A stretch of DNA of 62,456 bases, filler included, from Actinomycetota bacterium (GTDB taxonomy: Bacteria > Actinomycetota > CADDZG01 > JAHWKV01 > JAOPZY01): NCBI GenBank assembly GCA_025963875.1. It is 9 parts of 9 records of this genome, joined end to end, with 100 filler letters (N's around TTAATTAATTAA, not from the genome) between each part and the next. Parts side by side here need not be neighbours in the genome. Positions count along the whole stretch, not along the records: positions 48,878 to 55,755 come from JAOPZY010000061.1; positions 55,856 to 59,714 come from JAOPZY010000103.1; positions 59,815 to 62,456 come from JAOPZY010000190.1; 6 more parts are not named here. One strand, 5' to 3'. The notes below the pieces were generated by a model that had not been told where the DNA came from, searched no databases, and saw nothing but the letters and a program-made list of their open reading frames with translations. The position numbers and the translations under genes are program-made. This document shows, one piece after another, positions 50,524 through 60,682 of the stretch. How positions within the stretch are numbered: the stretch's first letter is position 1; each line of letters opens with the position of its first letter.

Positions 50524-51647
50524 GCCCGGGTCGCCTCCTTGACCCGCTCACGCGTGAACCGTCCGAAGTTGTAGTAGGCGGCGCAGGCCCCCTCGGGGGA
50601 AACCATGCAGGTCCCGATCGGGGTCTCCGGCGTGCAGGCGGTACCGAAGACCTTGCACTCCCAGGGCTTGATGACGCCCTTCAGGACCTCGCCACACTGG
50701 CAGGCCTTGGGGTCGGCGACGCGGATGCCGGGGATCTTGAAGATCTCCTCGGCGTCGAACTTCGCGTACTCCTCCCGCACCTTGAGGGCGGAGTGGGAGA
50801 TGAAGCCGAGGCCCCGCCACTCGAAGTACGGGCGCAGTTCCATGACCTCGTTGATCACCTGGAGAGCCTTGAGGTTGCCGTCCCAGGGCACGACCCGGGT
50901 GTACTGGTTCTCCACCTCGCAGCGGCCGTCCCGCAGCTGCACCATGAGCTGGTAGATGGAGGCGAGGATGTCGAGGGGCTCGAACCCGGCGCACACGAGC
51001 GGCTTGTGGTGGTCGCGGGCGATGAACTCGTAGGGCTTGCAGCCGATGACCGTTGACACGTGGCCCGGGCCGAGGAAGCCGTCGAGGCGCATGTCGGGGG
51101 AGTCGAGGATCGCCTTGATGGCGGGGATGATCGTGACGTGGTTGCAGAAGATGGAGAAGTTCTCGAGGCCGTCCGCCGCCGCACGCAGCACCGTCATGGC
51201 CGTCGAGGGCGCCGTCGTCTCGAAGCCGATGGCCATGAAGACCACCTTCTTGTCCGGATTGGCCCGGGCGATCTTCAGCGAGTCGAGGGGCGAGTACACC
51301 ATGCGGATGTCCGCGCCCTTGGCCTTGGAGTCGAAGAAGGACCCCTTGCCACCGGGCACCCGCATCATGTCACCGAACGACGTCATGATCACGTCGGGCT
51401 GCTCGGAGATGTAGATGGCGTCGTCGAGGCGCCCCATCGGGATCACGCACACGGGGCAGCCGGGGCCGTGGACGAGGCTGACACTCTCCGGGAGGTAGTC
51501 CTCGAGACCGTGCTTGTAGATCGTGTGGGTGTGGCCTCCGCAGACCTCCATGAAGCTGTAATGGCGACCAGGTTCGCACAGGGCAGCGATCTGCCCCGAC
51601 AGAACTTGAGCCTTCTCCGCATCGCGGAACTCATCGACAAAACGCAA
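50520..51647 (-). CDS. hypD: Hydrogenase maturation protein HypD
   Basis: MEVCGGHTH, GPGCPVC, GFETT, PGHV and CMVSPEGACAA. Confidence 0.98.
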   Translation of the reverse strand: MRFVDEFRDAEKAQVLSGQIAALCEPGRHYSFMEVCGGHTHTIYKHGLEDYLPESVSLVHGPGCPVCVIPMGRLDDAIYISEQPDVIMTSFGDMMRVPGGKGSFFDSKAKGADIRMVYSPLDSLKIARANPDKKVVFMAIGFETTAPSTAMTVLRAAADGLENFSIFCNHVTIIPAIKAILDSPDMRLDGFLGPGHVSTVIGCKPYEFIARDHHKPLVCAGFEPLDILASIYQLMVQLRDGRCEVENQYTRVVPWDGNLKALQVINEVMELRPYFEWRGLGFISHSALKVREEYAKFDAEEIFKIPGIRVADPKACQCGEVLKGVIKPWECKVFGTACTPETPIGTCMVSPEGACAAYYNFGRFTRERVKEATRA

Positions 51648-51702
51648 AGCTGCTCACCTCCAAGCTGGTCGCGGGTGATCCACGGGGCCCCGGCAGCGGG
51701 GC

Positions 51703-51972
51703 CTATTCGATATTCGATTCCGCCAGGGCATCGAGCTCGTCGGTGTACGCCGTGCCGATGCCCTCGAGAAACGCCAGTGCCGCTGCAGCCTCGTCCTCGT
51801 CGATCTTGGAGAGGGCGAATCCGACGTGGATGAGGATCCAGTCGCCGGGCTGGACGTTCTCGTTCTCGAGTAGGCCGATGTTGATGGCCCTGCGCACCCC
51901 GCTGACGTTCACCTTCGCGAGGTCTGGCCGGTCCAGGAGCTCGATCACCTCACCTGGGATCCCAAGACACAT
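51703..51972 (-). CDS. hypC: Hydrogenase chaperone HypC
   Basis: MCLGIPGE...GDWILIHVGFA. Confidence 0.97.
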   Translation of the reverse strand: MCLGIPGEVIELLDRPDLAKVNVSGVRRAINIGLLENENVQPGDWILIHVGFALSKIDEDEAAAALAFLEGIGTAYTDELDALAESNIE

Positions 51973-52075
51973 ACCTTCTCCTCTCGTCCTTCTCTTGTCA
52001 CTCGCCGGACGGTGCTCTCGCCTTGGGCTGCGGCACCGTCCGGAGGCTGCCTGACGCTGCGGTTGTAGCTTGCGA

Positions 52076-52342
52076 CTACGCGGCCCGGAGGCCACCGGAC
52101 ATGATCTTGCCGGCCTTGTCCGCGACGACGCCGACGACGCCCTGGGCGAAGCCCATGCCCCCGGTCTGCTGCAGACCCTTGGACAGCAGTGCCCCGCCCA
52201 CGGACAGGCCCTGGCCCATGAGGTTCTTGAACTCTTCCGACTTGGTGATGGCGTCGAGCGCGCCGAGTGCCTTCTGCAGACCCTCGCGTCCGTCACGGGT
52301 CCCGACGTAGTAGCCGATTGCGAAGCCGATGAGCGCTTCCAT
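52076..52342 (-). CDS. Small hypothetical protein of the hydrogenase cluster
   Basis: GGAGG RBS and MEALIGFAIGYYVGTRDG. Confidence 0.65.
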   Translation of the reverse strand: MEALIGFAIGYYVGTRDGREGLQKALGALDAITKSEEFKNLMGQGLSVGGALLSKGLQQTGGMGFAQGVVGVVADKAGKIMSGGLRAA

Positions 52343-52394
52343 TCGTGTGTCCCTCCTCGTGGTTGCTTGGGAACGGTTGGTCAGCGGGACATCC

Positions 52395-52493
52395 CTACAT
52401 GGACTTGAGTTCGAAGTACCGCTTGATATCGGGAAGCGACGTGATGACGAGTGCTGCGATTCCAGCGGTCACGACTGCCTTGATCAGCTTCAT
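52395..52493 (-). CDS. 32-aa membrane peptide (DUF6893-like)
   Basis: AGGAGG RBS. MKLIKAVVTAGIAALVITSLPDIKRYFELKSM. Confidence 0.7.
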   Translation of the reverse strand: MKLIKAVVTAGIAALVITSLPDIKRYFELKSM

Positions 52494-53062
52494 ACATGCC
52501 CCTCCTTTCGGGTGTCCTTGGCTGCCAACACGGAAAGCTCCATCTTCTGGCCGTTGTAGACGCTGTTCTGGATCCGATCGATGATGTCGACGAGGCGCCG
52601 CACCGCCGGCTCGACGGCGGCCTCCACCGTGGCGGTGAGGCCGAGGCCGTCCTCGACGTCCTCCGGTTCGCACCCGACCACGAGGGCCCTGCCGACGTTG
52701 CCACCGAGTGCCTTCAGCATCCCGAAGATGGCGTCGGGCTCGAGCCCGTGGGCGTCGATGAGGGCCGACTCGCCCTCCGTCGCCGCCTGGACGAGCGGCG
52801 ACTCCGCAATCTCCTCCAGCTTGGGCTCGATGAGGTAGAGGTCGCCGGGCTTGCCGCCGCAGGGCGCGGCGTCGACGATGATGACGGTGTCGTAGCCTTC
52901 GAGCAGCTCGTAGGCGAGATGGACGCCCTTGATGCCGAAGTCGGCCACGGTGACCCCCTCGGGCAGGTCCTCGTTGGCGAGGCGGCGGACCACCTCGCAG
53001 CCGAAGGCGTCGTCGGTGAAGAAGATGTTCCCGACACCGGCGACGAGCATCTTCTGCGTCAT
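52490..53062 (-). CDS. Hydrogenase maturation endopeptidase
   Basis: VAGVGNIFFTDDAFG, IVDAA, DAHG and VGCEP. Confidence 0.93.
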   Translation of the reverse strand: MTQKMLVAGVGNIFFTDDAFGCEVVRRLANEDLPEGVTVADFGIKGVHLAYELLEGYDTVIIVDAAPCGGKPGDLYLIEPKLEEIAESPLVQAATEGESALIDAHGLEPDAIFGMLKALGGNVGRALVVGCEPEDVEDGLGLTATVEAAVEPAVRRLVDIIDRIQNSVYNGQKMELSVLAAKDTRKEGHV

Positions 53063-54558
53063 ACGGTGCCCCCCTCAGCCCGGTCCGGGGTCAGAGCTTC
53101 GACTTCGTCGGGGGAGAAGTAGAGGAACCGCCCGTGCTCGATCTGGATGTCGGCGTTGATGTCCTCCTCGAGCGTGACGGCGAGGAACATCTTGTCCTCG
53201 AGGTCGTGGAAGACCGCCTGCACGTCCGCCACCTTGCCGGCCAGGAACATGTCCTGGGCGTCGGATCGTCGTGTTCCCGGCCGCAGCACCACCTTGTCGC
53301 CCTTGGCCACGAGGACCCCGCCGATGTTGACGGTGTCCTTGTCGGGGTTGACGGAGGGGTCGTTGGCGGGGTCCCAGATGGGCGACGACCCGACCGACGA
53401 CTCGGCCGACGACTCGGCCGGGCGGCGGTGGGCGAACTCCTCGCCGAACGGACGGTGCTCGCCGAACACCGGGACACCGTCGGCCCTGGTGCCGAACTCG
53501 GGGACCGCATCCTGCCGGGGGGAACCGGAGGTGACATCCCTCAGGTACCGCACGGCGCCGTGGAGGCGGTCCATGATCTCCTGGGGCATGTCGTCGACCC
53601 GATCGATGATGGCCGCAGCCCGGGGGTCGGTGGCCCTCGCCTCGGCCTTCTCCTCGTCGGTCAGCGTCATCGTGCGGAGGATCAGGATCTCGTCGATCTC
53701 GGTGGCGTCGAACAGGTCGCCAGGGCTCTCGGGAGCGATCTGCGGCCAGTCGTAGAGGGTGATGGGGGAGGAGAGCATCACGTCCTCCCGCCCGCGGTCG
53801 CCGATCATGACCGGGAACGTGTGGATGTTCTTGCAGTCCTCGGCGGCGGGCTTTGCCCACTCGGGCGGCTCGAGGAGGGAGATGAACCGCCCGGCGCCCT
53901 CCGGGGACAGGCCCAGGAGGGTGTGGCAGGCGACGAGCGAGTGGCTCATGGCCTCCTTGCGGGCGTTCGGGTCGCCGTCGTAGGGAGTGAGGTTCTCGGT
54001 CCGCACCGTCAGCCGGATGGCTCCGAACGGGCCGTCCAGGCGCTCCGCCGAGAGCGTCAACGCCGCGCTGAGCGGCTGGCGGGTCCGAAGCACCCGTGCG
54101 GCCAGCGCTCCGGTGGCGTCGTGGACCAGCTGGGGATCCTCGCCGCCGGCATCGACGTCGATCGGGATCGTCTGGGCGCCGGCGAGCAGCTTCGCCACCG
54201 GGACCGCCAGGTCCACCTGGTGCTCGACCGCCTCCTCCCAGGTGATGAGCGACGTGCCGTCAACCGTCAGTGTCTCGACAGGGGTGAAGGCTTCCCCGTG
54301 AGCGGCTTCGACGACCTTGGCCTGCACGTGGAGGAACCGCACCCGCAGCTCGAGGACGGCCCCGTCGTCGGACTCGAGCAGGCACTGGGTCTGCTGCTCC
54401 CACGGCTCGGGGCCGCCGGCGGTGCTCCAGGCCTTGGGGGCGACGACGCCGAACTGCCAGCGCACACGGTTCTTCGCCGCCGAGGCGCGGTACGGGTAGA
54501 GGACGTAGCCCTCGAAGAGGACGGCGTCGGCGACCTTCCTGGCGTCGTCGAAGTTCAC
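53059..54558 (-). CDS. Conserved group 1h hydrogenase-associated protein
   Basis: ADAVLFEGYVLYPYR, LSSPITLYDWPQIAPES, DATEIDEIL and FSPDEVE. Confidence 0.75.
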   Translation of the reverse strand: MNFDDARKVADAVLFEGYVLYPYRASAAKNRVRWQFGVVAPKAWSTAGGPEPWEQQTQCLLESDDGAVLELRVRFLHVQAKVVEAAHGEAFTPVETLTVDGTSLITWEEAVEHQVDLAVPVAKLLAGAQTIPIDVDAGGEDPQLVHDATGALAARVLRTRQPLSAALTLSAERLDGPFGAIRLTVRTENLTPYDGDPNARKEAMSHSLVACHTLLGLSPEGAGRFISLLEPPEWAKPAAEDCKNIHTFPVMIGDRGREDVMLSSPITLYDWPQIAPESPGDLFDATEIDEILILRTMTLTDEEKAEARATDPRAAAIIDRVDDMPQEIMDRLHGAVRYLRDVTSGSPRQDAVPEFGTRADGVPVFGEHRPFGEEFAHRRPAESSAESSVGSSPIWDPANDPSVNPDKDTVNIGGVLVAKGDKVVLRPGTRRSDAQDMFLAGKVADVQAVFHDLEDKMFLAVTLEEDINADIQIEHGRFLYFSPDEVEALTPDRAEGGTV

Positions 54559-55208
54559 GGCTGCCTCACCTCCTTGGCCGAGTTCGCATCCGAGATCAAC
54601 GTCGCGAGGGTCTCGTCCCAGTTCGTGAGTGCCCGGTCGGATTTGAACCGCTGCAGGGCGTCGAGGGTCTCCCTGCGCATCCGGATCCAGGCCTGGTCGG
54701 GGAAGTAGAGGTCCATGAGCCGGTCCCAGGTCTTGACCGGCATCCCGAAGCTGACCTCCTTGTGCCACGGCACCTGCTCGACCGCGAAGCCGGTCTCGCC
54801 CCTGGTGAACACGGTGCCGGAGAAGAGCATCAGGAAGGGGATCTCGCCGTCGTCGAGGGCGTGGAAGTACTTGGCGGTGGCAACCTCGAAGTCGTAGGTG
54901 CAGGGGACCGCGACATCGACCTCGATGGCGCCGTCGAAGCCGGGGATGCTGGCATCGGCGAAGGCGAACTGCATCGGCTTCACCGTGTCCCCCCAGCGCT
55001 TGGTCTCCCCAAACAGGTCCACGAGGCGCTCCGCCTCGGCGGGAGAGTAGCGCCGTCGCTTGGGTTCGATCCGGATCTGGATCCTGAGCACGATGGCGTG
55101 CACCCGCATCCCGGTAGTCTCGGATATCCGGAGCCCGAAGTTGAGTGTCGGCGAGGCCGCGTACGGATCCGGCTCGACTCCGAGGATGTCGAAGACAAGT
55201 TCACTCAT
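54555..55208 (-). CDS. DUF6084-family hydrogenase-associated protein
   Basis: QIRIEPKRRRY, DLFGE..RW, VPCTYDFEV and LFSGTVF. Confidence 0.75.
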   Translation of the reverse strand: MSELVFDILGVEPDPYAASPTLNFGLRISETTGMRVHAIVLRIQIRIEPKRRRYSPAEAERLVDLFGETKRWGDTVKPMQFAFADASIPGFDGAIEVDVAVPCTYDFEVATAKYFHALDDGEIPFLMLFSGTVFTRGETGFAVEQVPWHKEVSFGMPVKTWDRLMDLYFPDQAWIRMRRETLDALQRFKSDRALTNWDETLATLISDANSAKEVRQP

Positions 55209-55755
55209 TTTCCGCCTTCGCTCTCGCCGGCGACGCCTCGCGGGCCGAGACCCACGACGGCGCTGCGGCTCTGCAGGTCCTCGAAGAAGGTGCCGATGGT
55301 CGTCCAGACCTCCTCGCCACCGGAGAAGCCCTTCCAGTTCATGCGGACCAGGGCGGTGAGCTCGTAGGCCTTGTCGATCGGGACCAGGTAGCACTCGAAG
55401 CGATCGTCCTCCTGTCGCAGCAGGAGGGCCTCGACATCGGGCATGAGGCCCTCGAAGGAGGGGTTGGCCTTGATGACCTCGCCCCAGGCCTCCAGGTCGA
55501 GCAGGGACTCGGTGGCCCCGGCCGGGCTCGGATAGAAGGCGACGAACTTGTCGATGGACGTGTTGTAGAAGAAGAAGGCCATCGACACCGGGATCTGGAT
55601 CTGCTCCCACTGTGCGTTGTCCAGCACGAAGTACGGGTCGAAGAGGTAGCGCTCGGGGACCTGGCGGAACTTGCCCTGGGCCGCCCCCTCCCTTGCGAAC
55701 AGGAGGTAGCAGGCCCGGCAGACACACATGAGCTCTCGGGTGTCGATGTTGACGA
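55205..55755 (-). CDS. DUF5947-family hydrogenase-associated protein, 5' truncated
   Basis: CVCRACYLLF, IPVSMAFF, FYPSPAGATES and WKGFSGG. Confidence 0.78.
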
Positions 55756-55855
55756 NNNNNNNNNNNNNNNNNNNNNNNNNNNNNNNNNNNNNNNNNNNNT
55801 TAATTAATTAANNNNNNNNNNNNNNNNNNNNNNNNNNNNNNNNNNNNNNNNNNNN

Positions 55856-57647
55856 GGCCGGTTTCCGGGTCGATGATGATCCCGAAGGTGCGGATCTTCC
55901 GGTAGATCGTCGCCCGGGAGATCCCCAGCCGGACGGCGGCCTTGATCTTGTCGCCGTGGGCCTCCGTGAGCGAACGGATGATCGCGTCCCGCTCGATGGT
56001 CTCCCACTCGGACAGGACCCGCCGGCTGGTGGCGTGGCAGGACTCCGGGAGGTCGGCGATGGTGATCTCACCCGTGTGCCGGCGGGCGAGTGCGCTGCGC
56101 AGGGCCTGCCCGAGCTCCGCGACGTTGCCGGGCCAGGCACAGCGGAGCAGGCTGTGCATGGCGTCCGGGGCGAGGGTGATCTGCCGGCCCGGAGCGTGGC
56201 GTTGCAGGAGATGCGGGACCAGCTCACGGATGTCTTCGATCCGGTGCCGGAGGGGCGGCACCGGCACAGATTCCGTGAAGTGCGGGAGGAGCTGTCCGAG
56301 ACGTGCCTCCACGTCGGTGTCCGAGTGGAGCGTCCCCACTACCCAAGGCCTATGTAGGGGTTTGTCGACCGTTTGCAGCACGGCGTTCAACTTGCCGAGC
56401 GCCGCCGGACTCATCCGATCGACGTGGCGCACGACGAGGGTGGCCGGGAAGTCCTCCAGGTCGAGGTTGCTCGCCAGCCAGGCGTCGACATCCTTGCCGC
56501 ACGCAAGGGCATCGAGCACCGTCAACCGCCGAGCCGGATACCAGCGGCGATGAACGGCCTCGGCCAGGGCGAACTTGCCGACGCCGGACTCCCCGGCGAG
56601 CAGCACCCAGGAATGCTTCCTGCAATGGGCCTCGACCTGGTTCGCTGCCTCCATCCACGCCGGGCTGTGTCCGGCGAGACCCCGCAAGGGCTCGGCGGGC
56701 ATGCTGCTCGTCGCGTGGTGCCGGGGGGTGGCCTCGCCCAGCGTGATCTCGACAATTGTTCCTGTCGTGCCGGCCGAGCTGGCGAGGGGGTGGCACCGCA
56801 ATCGCGCAAGCTGGCCCCGGGAAAGCACGATGTACCCGGAGCTGTCGTGATTCCCGGTTATCAGGTCGGCAGCCTTCTCCCGCAGGATGTGGAGGTCGGC
56901 CCCATCAAACGAACGGTCGGCCAGGTCGTTGGCCATGACGAGGTCGTCGCTCAGGGCCAGGACGGGGTTGGCGGTCCGCCGGTTGGCGGCCAGGAACTCG
57001 CGGAGAAGGGCCTGCTCGCGTTCGCTGCTCTGCTGCAGGAGGCGTTGCTCGATCTCGGCGGCGGCCTCCTGGGCCAGGGCCTGCATCAGCAGGTTGGCAT
57101 CGGTGCGCCTGGTGGTGAGATCGATGACCCCTTCGAGGCGCCCGTTCAGTAAGTTCCTGATGGGCGTCCCGGCACACGACATCACCTGGAGGCGCTCGGA
57201 GAAGTGCTCGGAGCCGAAGACCCGCGCGGATCGCCGTTCCTCTATGGCCGTTCCGATGCCGTTGGTGCCGACGAACTCCTCGGCGTAGCTGAAGCCGGGC
57301 GCCAGGAGGATCGCGTCCAGCTGCTGGATGAGGGCAGGCTCGCCGCATCTGCGGTCCAGCACGCACCCGTGGGCATCGGTGAGGATGACGCTCATGGGGG
57401 CGTCCGCCAGGGCGGACTCCAAGCGGTCGATCACCGGCTGAGCTGCATGGACCAGTCGGCTGTCTATCTCCGTCTCCGGGCGGTACGGCGGGGTCAGGTC
57501 GTCCACGGAGACGCCGAAGAACTGGGACCGGCGCCAGGAGGCCAGGATCCTATCCCGTACCTCCGGACTGTCGAGGTCGTCGGATTCGAGGAACCGCTCC
57601 CGAGCATGGGCGAGCACCTTCGCCGTGTCCTTTGGCTCATCAGACAC
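55856..57647 (-). CDS. GAF-AAA-Fis (AcoR/MimR-type) transcriptional activator, stop not in the contig
   Basis: ILASWRRS, GTNGIGTA (GAF), GESGVGK, PPLRHR, WPGNVAEL and LGISRATIYRK. No GAFTGA loop. Confidence 0.88.
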
Positions 57648-57746
57648 GTGACTGCCCCCCTCGATGACGGTCCACTGCCCCGACCTCTCGGTTCTGCCTT
57701 ACCACGCTGTATACAGATTCTAGGCCCTTGGCGCTGCTAACGGAAA

Positions 57747-57759
57747 TCTCAAGATGAGA
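57747..57759. promoter_or_regulatory. Palindromic activator site upstream of the monooxygenase
   Basis: TCTCA-AGA-TGAGA between the divergent regulator and prmA. Confidence 0.55.
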
Positions 57760-57852
57760 CCGCGCTGGCCCTGCGGATCGTGTGGACTAGGAAGGCAACG
57801 GGCCGACAACGAGCGGCTCATCAGGCGAGTCCACCACGACCAAGGAGGGCGT

Positions 57853-59508
57853 ATGAGTCGCCAGAGCCAGACGAGGGCGCACGAGAAGATCAAGGAGCTG
57901 TCGTGGGAACCGACCTTTGCCACGCCAGCCAAGAAGTACGTCACCGACTACACCTTCGAGCACGCTCCCAAGAAGGATCCGCTCAAGCAGGTCCTGCGCT
58001 CGTACTTCCCGATGGAGGAGGAGAAGGACCAGCGGGTCTACGGGGCCATGGACGGGGCCATCCGCGGCAACATGTTCCGTCAGGTGCAGGAACGCTGGAT
58101 GGAGTGGCAGAAGCTGTTCCTCTCCATCATCCCGTTCCCGGAGATCTCGGCCGCCCGGGCGATGCCCCTGGCCATCAGCGCCGTCCCGAACCCCGAGATC
58201 CACAACGGTCTGGCCGTGCAGATGATCGATGAGGTGCGGCACTCGACCATCCAGCAGAACCTCAAGCGGCTGTACATGAACCACTACATCGACCCGGCCG
58301 GGTTCGACGGCTCCTTGAGGTTCTTCCACAGCGACTACTGCGGGACGATCGGGCGGCAGTTCGCCGAGGGGTTCATCACCGGCGACGCCATCACCGCCGC
58401 CAACATCTACCTGACCATCGTGGCCGAGACGGCGTTCACGAACACCCTGTTCGTCGCCATGCCGGCCGAGGCAGCCGCCAACGGGGACTACCTGCTGCCG
58501 ACGGTGTTCCACTCGGTGCAGTCAGACGAGTCCCGCCACATCAGCAACGGCTACGCGATCCTCCTGATGGCTCTGGCCGACGAGCAGAACCGCAAGCTGC
58601 TCGAGCGGGATCTGCGCTACGCCTGGTGGAACAACCACCGGGTGGTGGACGCCGCCATCGGCACGTTCATCGAGTACGGGACCAAGGACCGGCGCAAGGA
58701 ACGCGACAGCTACGCCGAGATGTGGCGGCGGTGGATCTACGACGACTACTACCGCAGCTACCTCGTCCCCCTGGAGAAGTACGGGCTCGTGATCCCACAC
58801 GACCTCATCGAGGAGGCGTGGAACCAGATCTGGAACAAGGGCTACGTGCACGAGGTGGCTCAGTTCTTCGCCACCGGGTGGGAGGTCAACTACTGGCGTA
58901 TCGACGGGATGACCGACGAGGACTTCGAGTGGTTCGAGTACAAGTATCCCGGCTGGTACAACAAATACGGCAAGTGGTGGGAGGCCTACAACCGGCTGAA
59001 GTATCCCGGTGCCGACCACGGCCCCATCGCCTTCGAGAACGTCGACTACCAGTACCCCCACCGGTGCTGGACGTGCATGGTGCCCTGCCTGGTGCGCGAG
59101 GACATGGTTATGGACGAGGTCGACGGCCAGGTCCGGACGTACTGCTCCGAGCCGTGCTGGTGGACGGACAAGTACGCCTTCCGGCCGGAGTTCGAGGGGC
59201 GGCCCACGCCGTCGATGGGCAAGTTGGTCGGGACGCGTGAGTGGGAGACCATGTACCACAACTGGGACCTGGCCGAGATCTGCCAGGACATGGGCATCGT
59301 CCGCGACGACGGCAAGACGCTCATCCCCCAGCCCCACCTGGACCTCGACGACCCGAAGAAGCTGTGGACGCTCGATGACTTCCGCGGCCGTCCCTTCCCG
59401 AGCCCCAACGTCCTGCTGAATTCCTGGTCCCCCGAGGAACGTGAGACGTTCGCCACGCAGTACCGCAAGGGTGGCCCAGGCGGCCGGCCCGCGCCCGTAG
59501 CCAGCTAG
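57853..59508 (+). CDS. prmA: Soluble di-iron monooxygenase alpha subunit, propane-2-monooxygenase/MimA type
   Basis: [22 protein letters not shown], two diiron motifs (DEVRH, DESRH), and a YHS-like C-terminus. AGGAGG RBS. Confidence 0.92.
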   Translation: MSRQSQTRAHEKIKELSWEPTFATPAKKYVTDYTFEHAPKKDPLKQVLRSYFPMEEEKDQRVYGAMDGAIRGNMFRQVQERWMEWQKLFLSIIPFPEISAARAMPLAISAVPNPEIHNGLAVQMIDEVRHSTIQQNLKRLYMNHYIDPAGFDGSLRFFHSDYCGTIGRQFAEGFITGDAITAANIYLTIVAETAFTNTLFVAMPAEAAANGDYLLPTVFHSVQSDESRHISNGYAILLMALADEQNRKLLERDLRYAWWNNHRVVDAAIGTFIEYGTKDRRKERDSYAEMWRRWIYDDYYRSYLVPLEKYGLVIPHDLIEEAWNQIWNKGYVHEVAQFFATGWEVNYWRIDGMTDEDFEWFEYKYPGWYNKYGKWWEAYNRLKYPGADHGPIAFENVDYQYPHRCWTCMVPCLVREDMVMDEVDGQVRTYCSEPCWWTDKYAFRPEFEGRPTPSMGKLVGTREWETMYHNWDLAEICQDMGIVRDDGKTLIPQPHLDLDDPKKLWTLDDFRGRPFPSPNVLLNSWSPEERETFATQYRKGGPGGRPAPVAS

Positions 59509-59578
59509 TCGATCGCTAAGCCAGGGCCCCCGCCCGGGGGCCCTGGTCCTGCACGTCACCAGACAGGGAAACCTTCAG

Positions 59579-59714
59579 ATGGGAGCGAAGCACACCGTGC
59601 GCTTCGAGCCGGTCGGCATCGAGATCGAGGTCGACGAGGACGAAACCGTCCTCAATGCCGCCTTCCGGCAGGGCGTCATGCTCATGCACGGCTGCAAGGA
59701 GGGGCAGTGCTCCG
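59579..59714 (+). CDS. prmB: SDIMO reductase (PrmB/MimB), 5' fragment
   Basis: MGAKHTVRFEPVGIEIEVDEDETVLNAAFRQGVMLMHGCKEGQCS, a 2Fe-2S domain start. Confidence 0.88.
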
Positions 59715-59814
59715 NNNNNNNNNNNNNNNNNNNNNNNNNNNNNNNNNNNNNNNNNNNNTTAATTAATTAANNNNNNNNNNNNNNNNNNNNNNNNNNNNNN
59801 NNNNNNNNNNNNNN

Positions 59815-60682
59815 CGGGGCCGTCCATGGAATGGGTGTCCACGTAGATCTGGCCGCAGTGGTCGCGGAGGCGCGCCAGGGCCCCCTCTGGATCGGCGACC
59901 AGGCCCCGGACGAGTTCCAGACGGCTGAGGAGGAACGGGAAGAGGCCGCCCAGCTGGCCGAGAACCACCCGGAGGCCAGGCAACCGCTCGAAGGTCCCCG
60001 CCATGAGGAGGCGCAGGACGCACAGCGTGATCTCAACCGGCATCGAGAGGCCGCCCCTGAGAAAGACGAGGGCACGGGGCGCCGGTGCCGGGTCCCCCAC
60101 GGCCAGGTCGTACTTGCCGCCCGCGTGCACGAAGAGAGGGACCCCGAGGGACGCTGCAAGCTCCAGGGCCGGGGCAAACTGCGGGCTGTCGAGGAACTGG
60201 AGCTGCCCCTCGACGCCGGCGGGCCCTCCGAGGGGCAGGAAGGAGCACAGGGTGGAGAGACCGACGACGCCGTCCTCCCCCACGGCCCGCTGCATCTCGG
60301 CCAGCGCATCGTCTCCGAGGCGTGGATCGACCCATGCCGTGGCAAGCAGCCGGCCACCGCTGGTCGCCGCCCACGCGGCCAGCTCCCGGTTCACCGCCCG
60401 CACCGTCTCCGCTGCCCCCCTCCCCGTGGCCTTGGCAAGGGCATGCAGTGCCGCCGGCGCGTTGGAGCTGAACGTGAGGACCGCCGTGTCGATGCCTGCC
60501 TGGTCCAGGGCGTCGACCTGGAGCGACGGGCTGGCAAAGGCTTCGGAGGCCCAGAGCCTCGGCGGCCCCTCCGAGAGATCACCCGCCCCCGACAACGAGG
60601 TCCGGAAGGCGTCCATGGTCGGCCCGGGCAGGGCGTGGACGTGGCAGTCGATCACCCGGCGGACATTGGGAGCGCCGGTCAT
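59815..60682 (-). CDS. Amidohydrolase-2 family protein (decarboxylase-like), 3' truncated
   Basis: VIDCHVH, LGVPLFVH, GTFERLPGLRVVL and IYVDT. Confidence 0.8.

Noticed and set aside
13331..59814. Recurring TTAATTAATTAA flanked by Ns as a biological repeat, and ORFs ending in LIN
   Set aside because: It is an identical artificial contig spacer with six-frame stops. Cross-linker gene neighbourhoods were not treated as operons.
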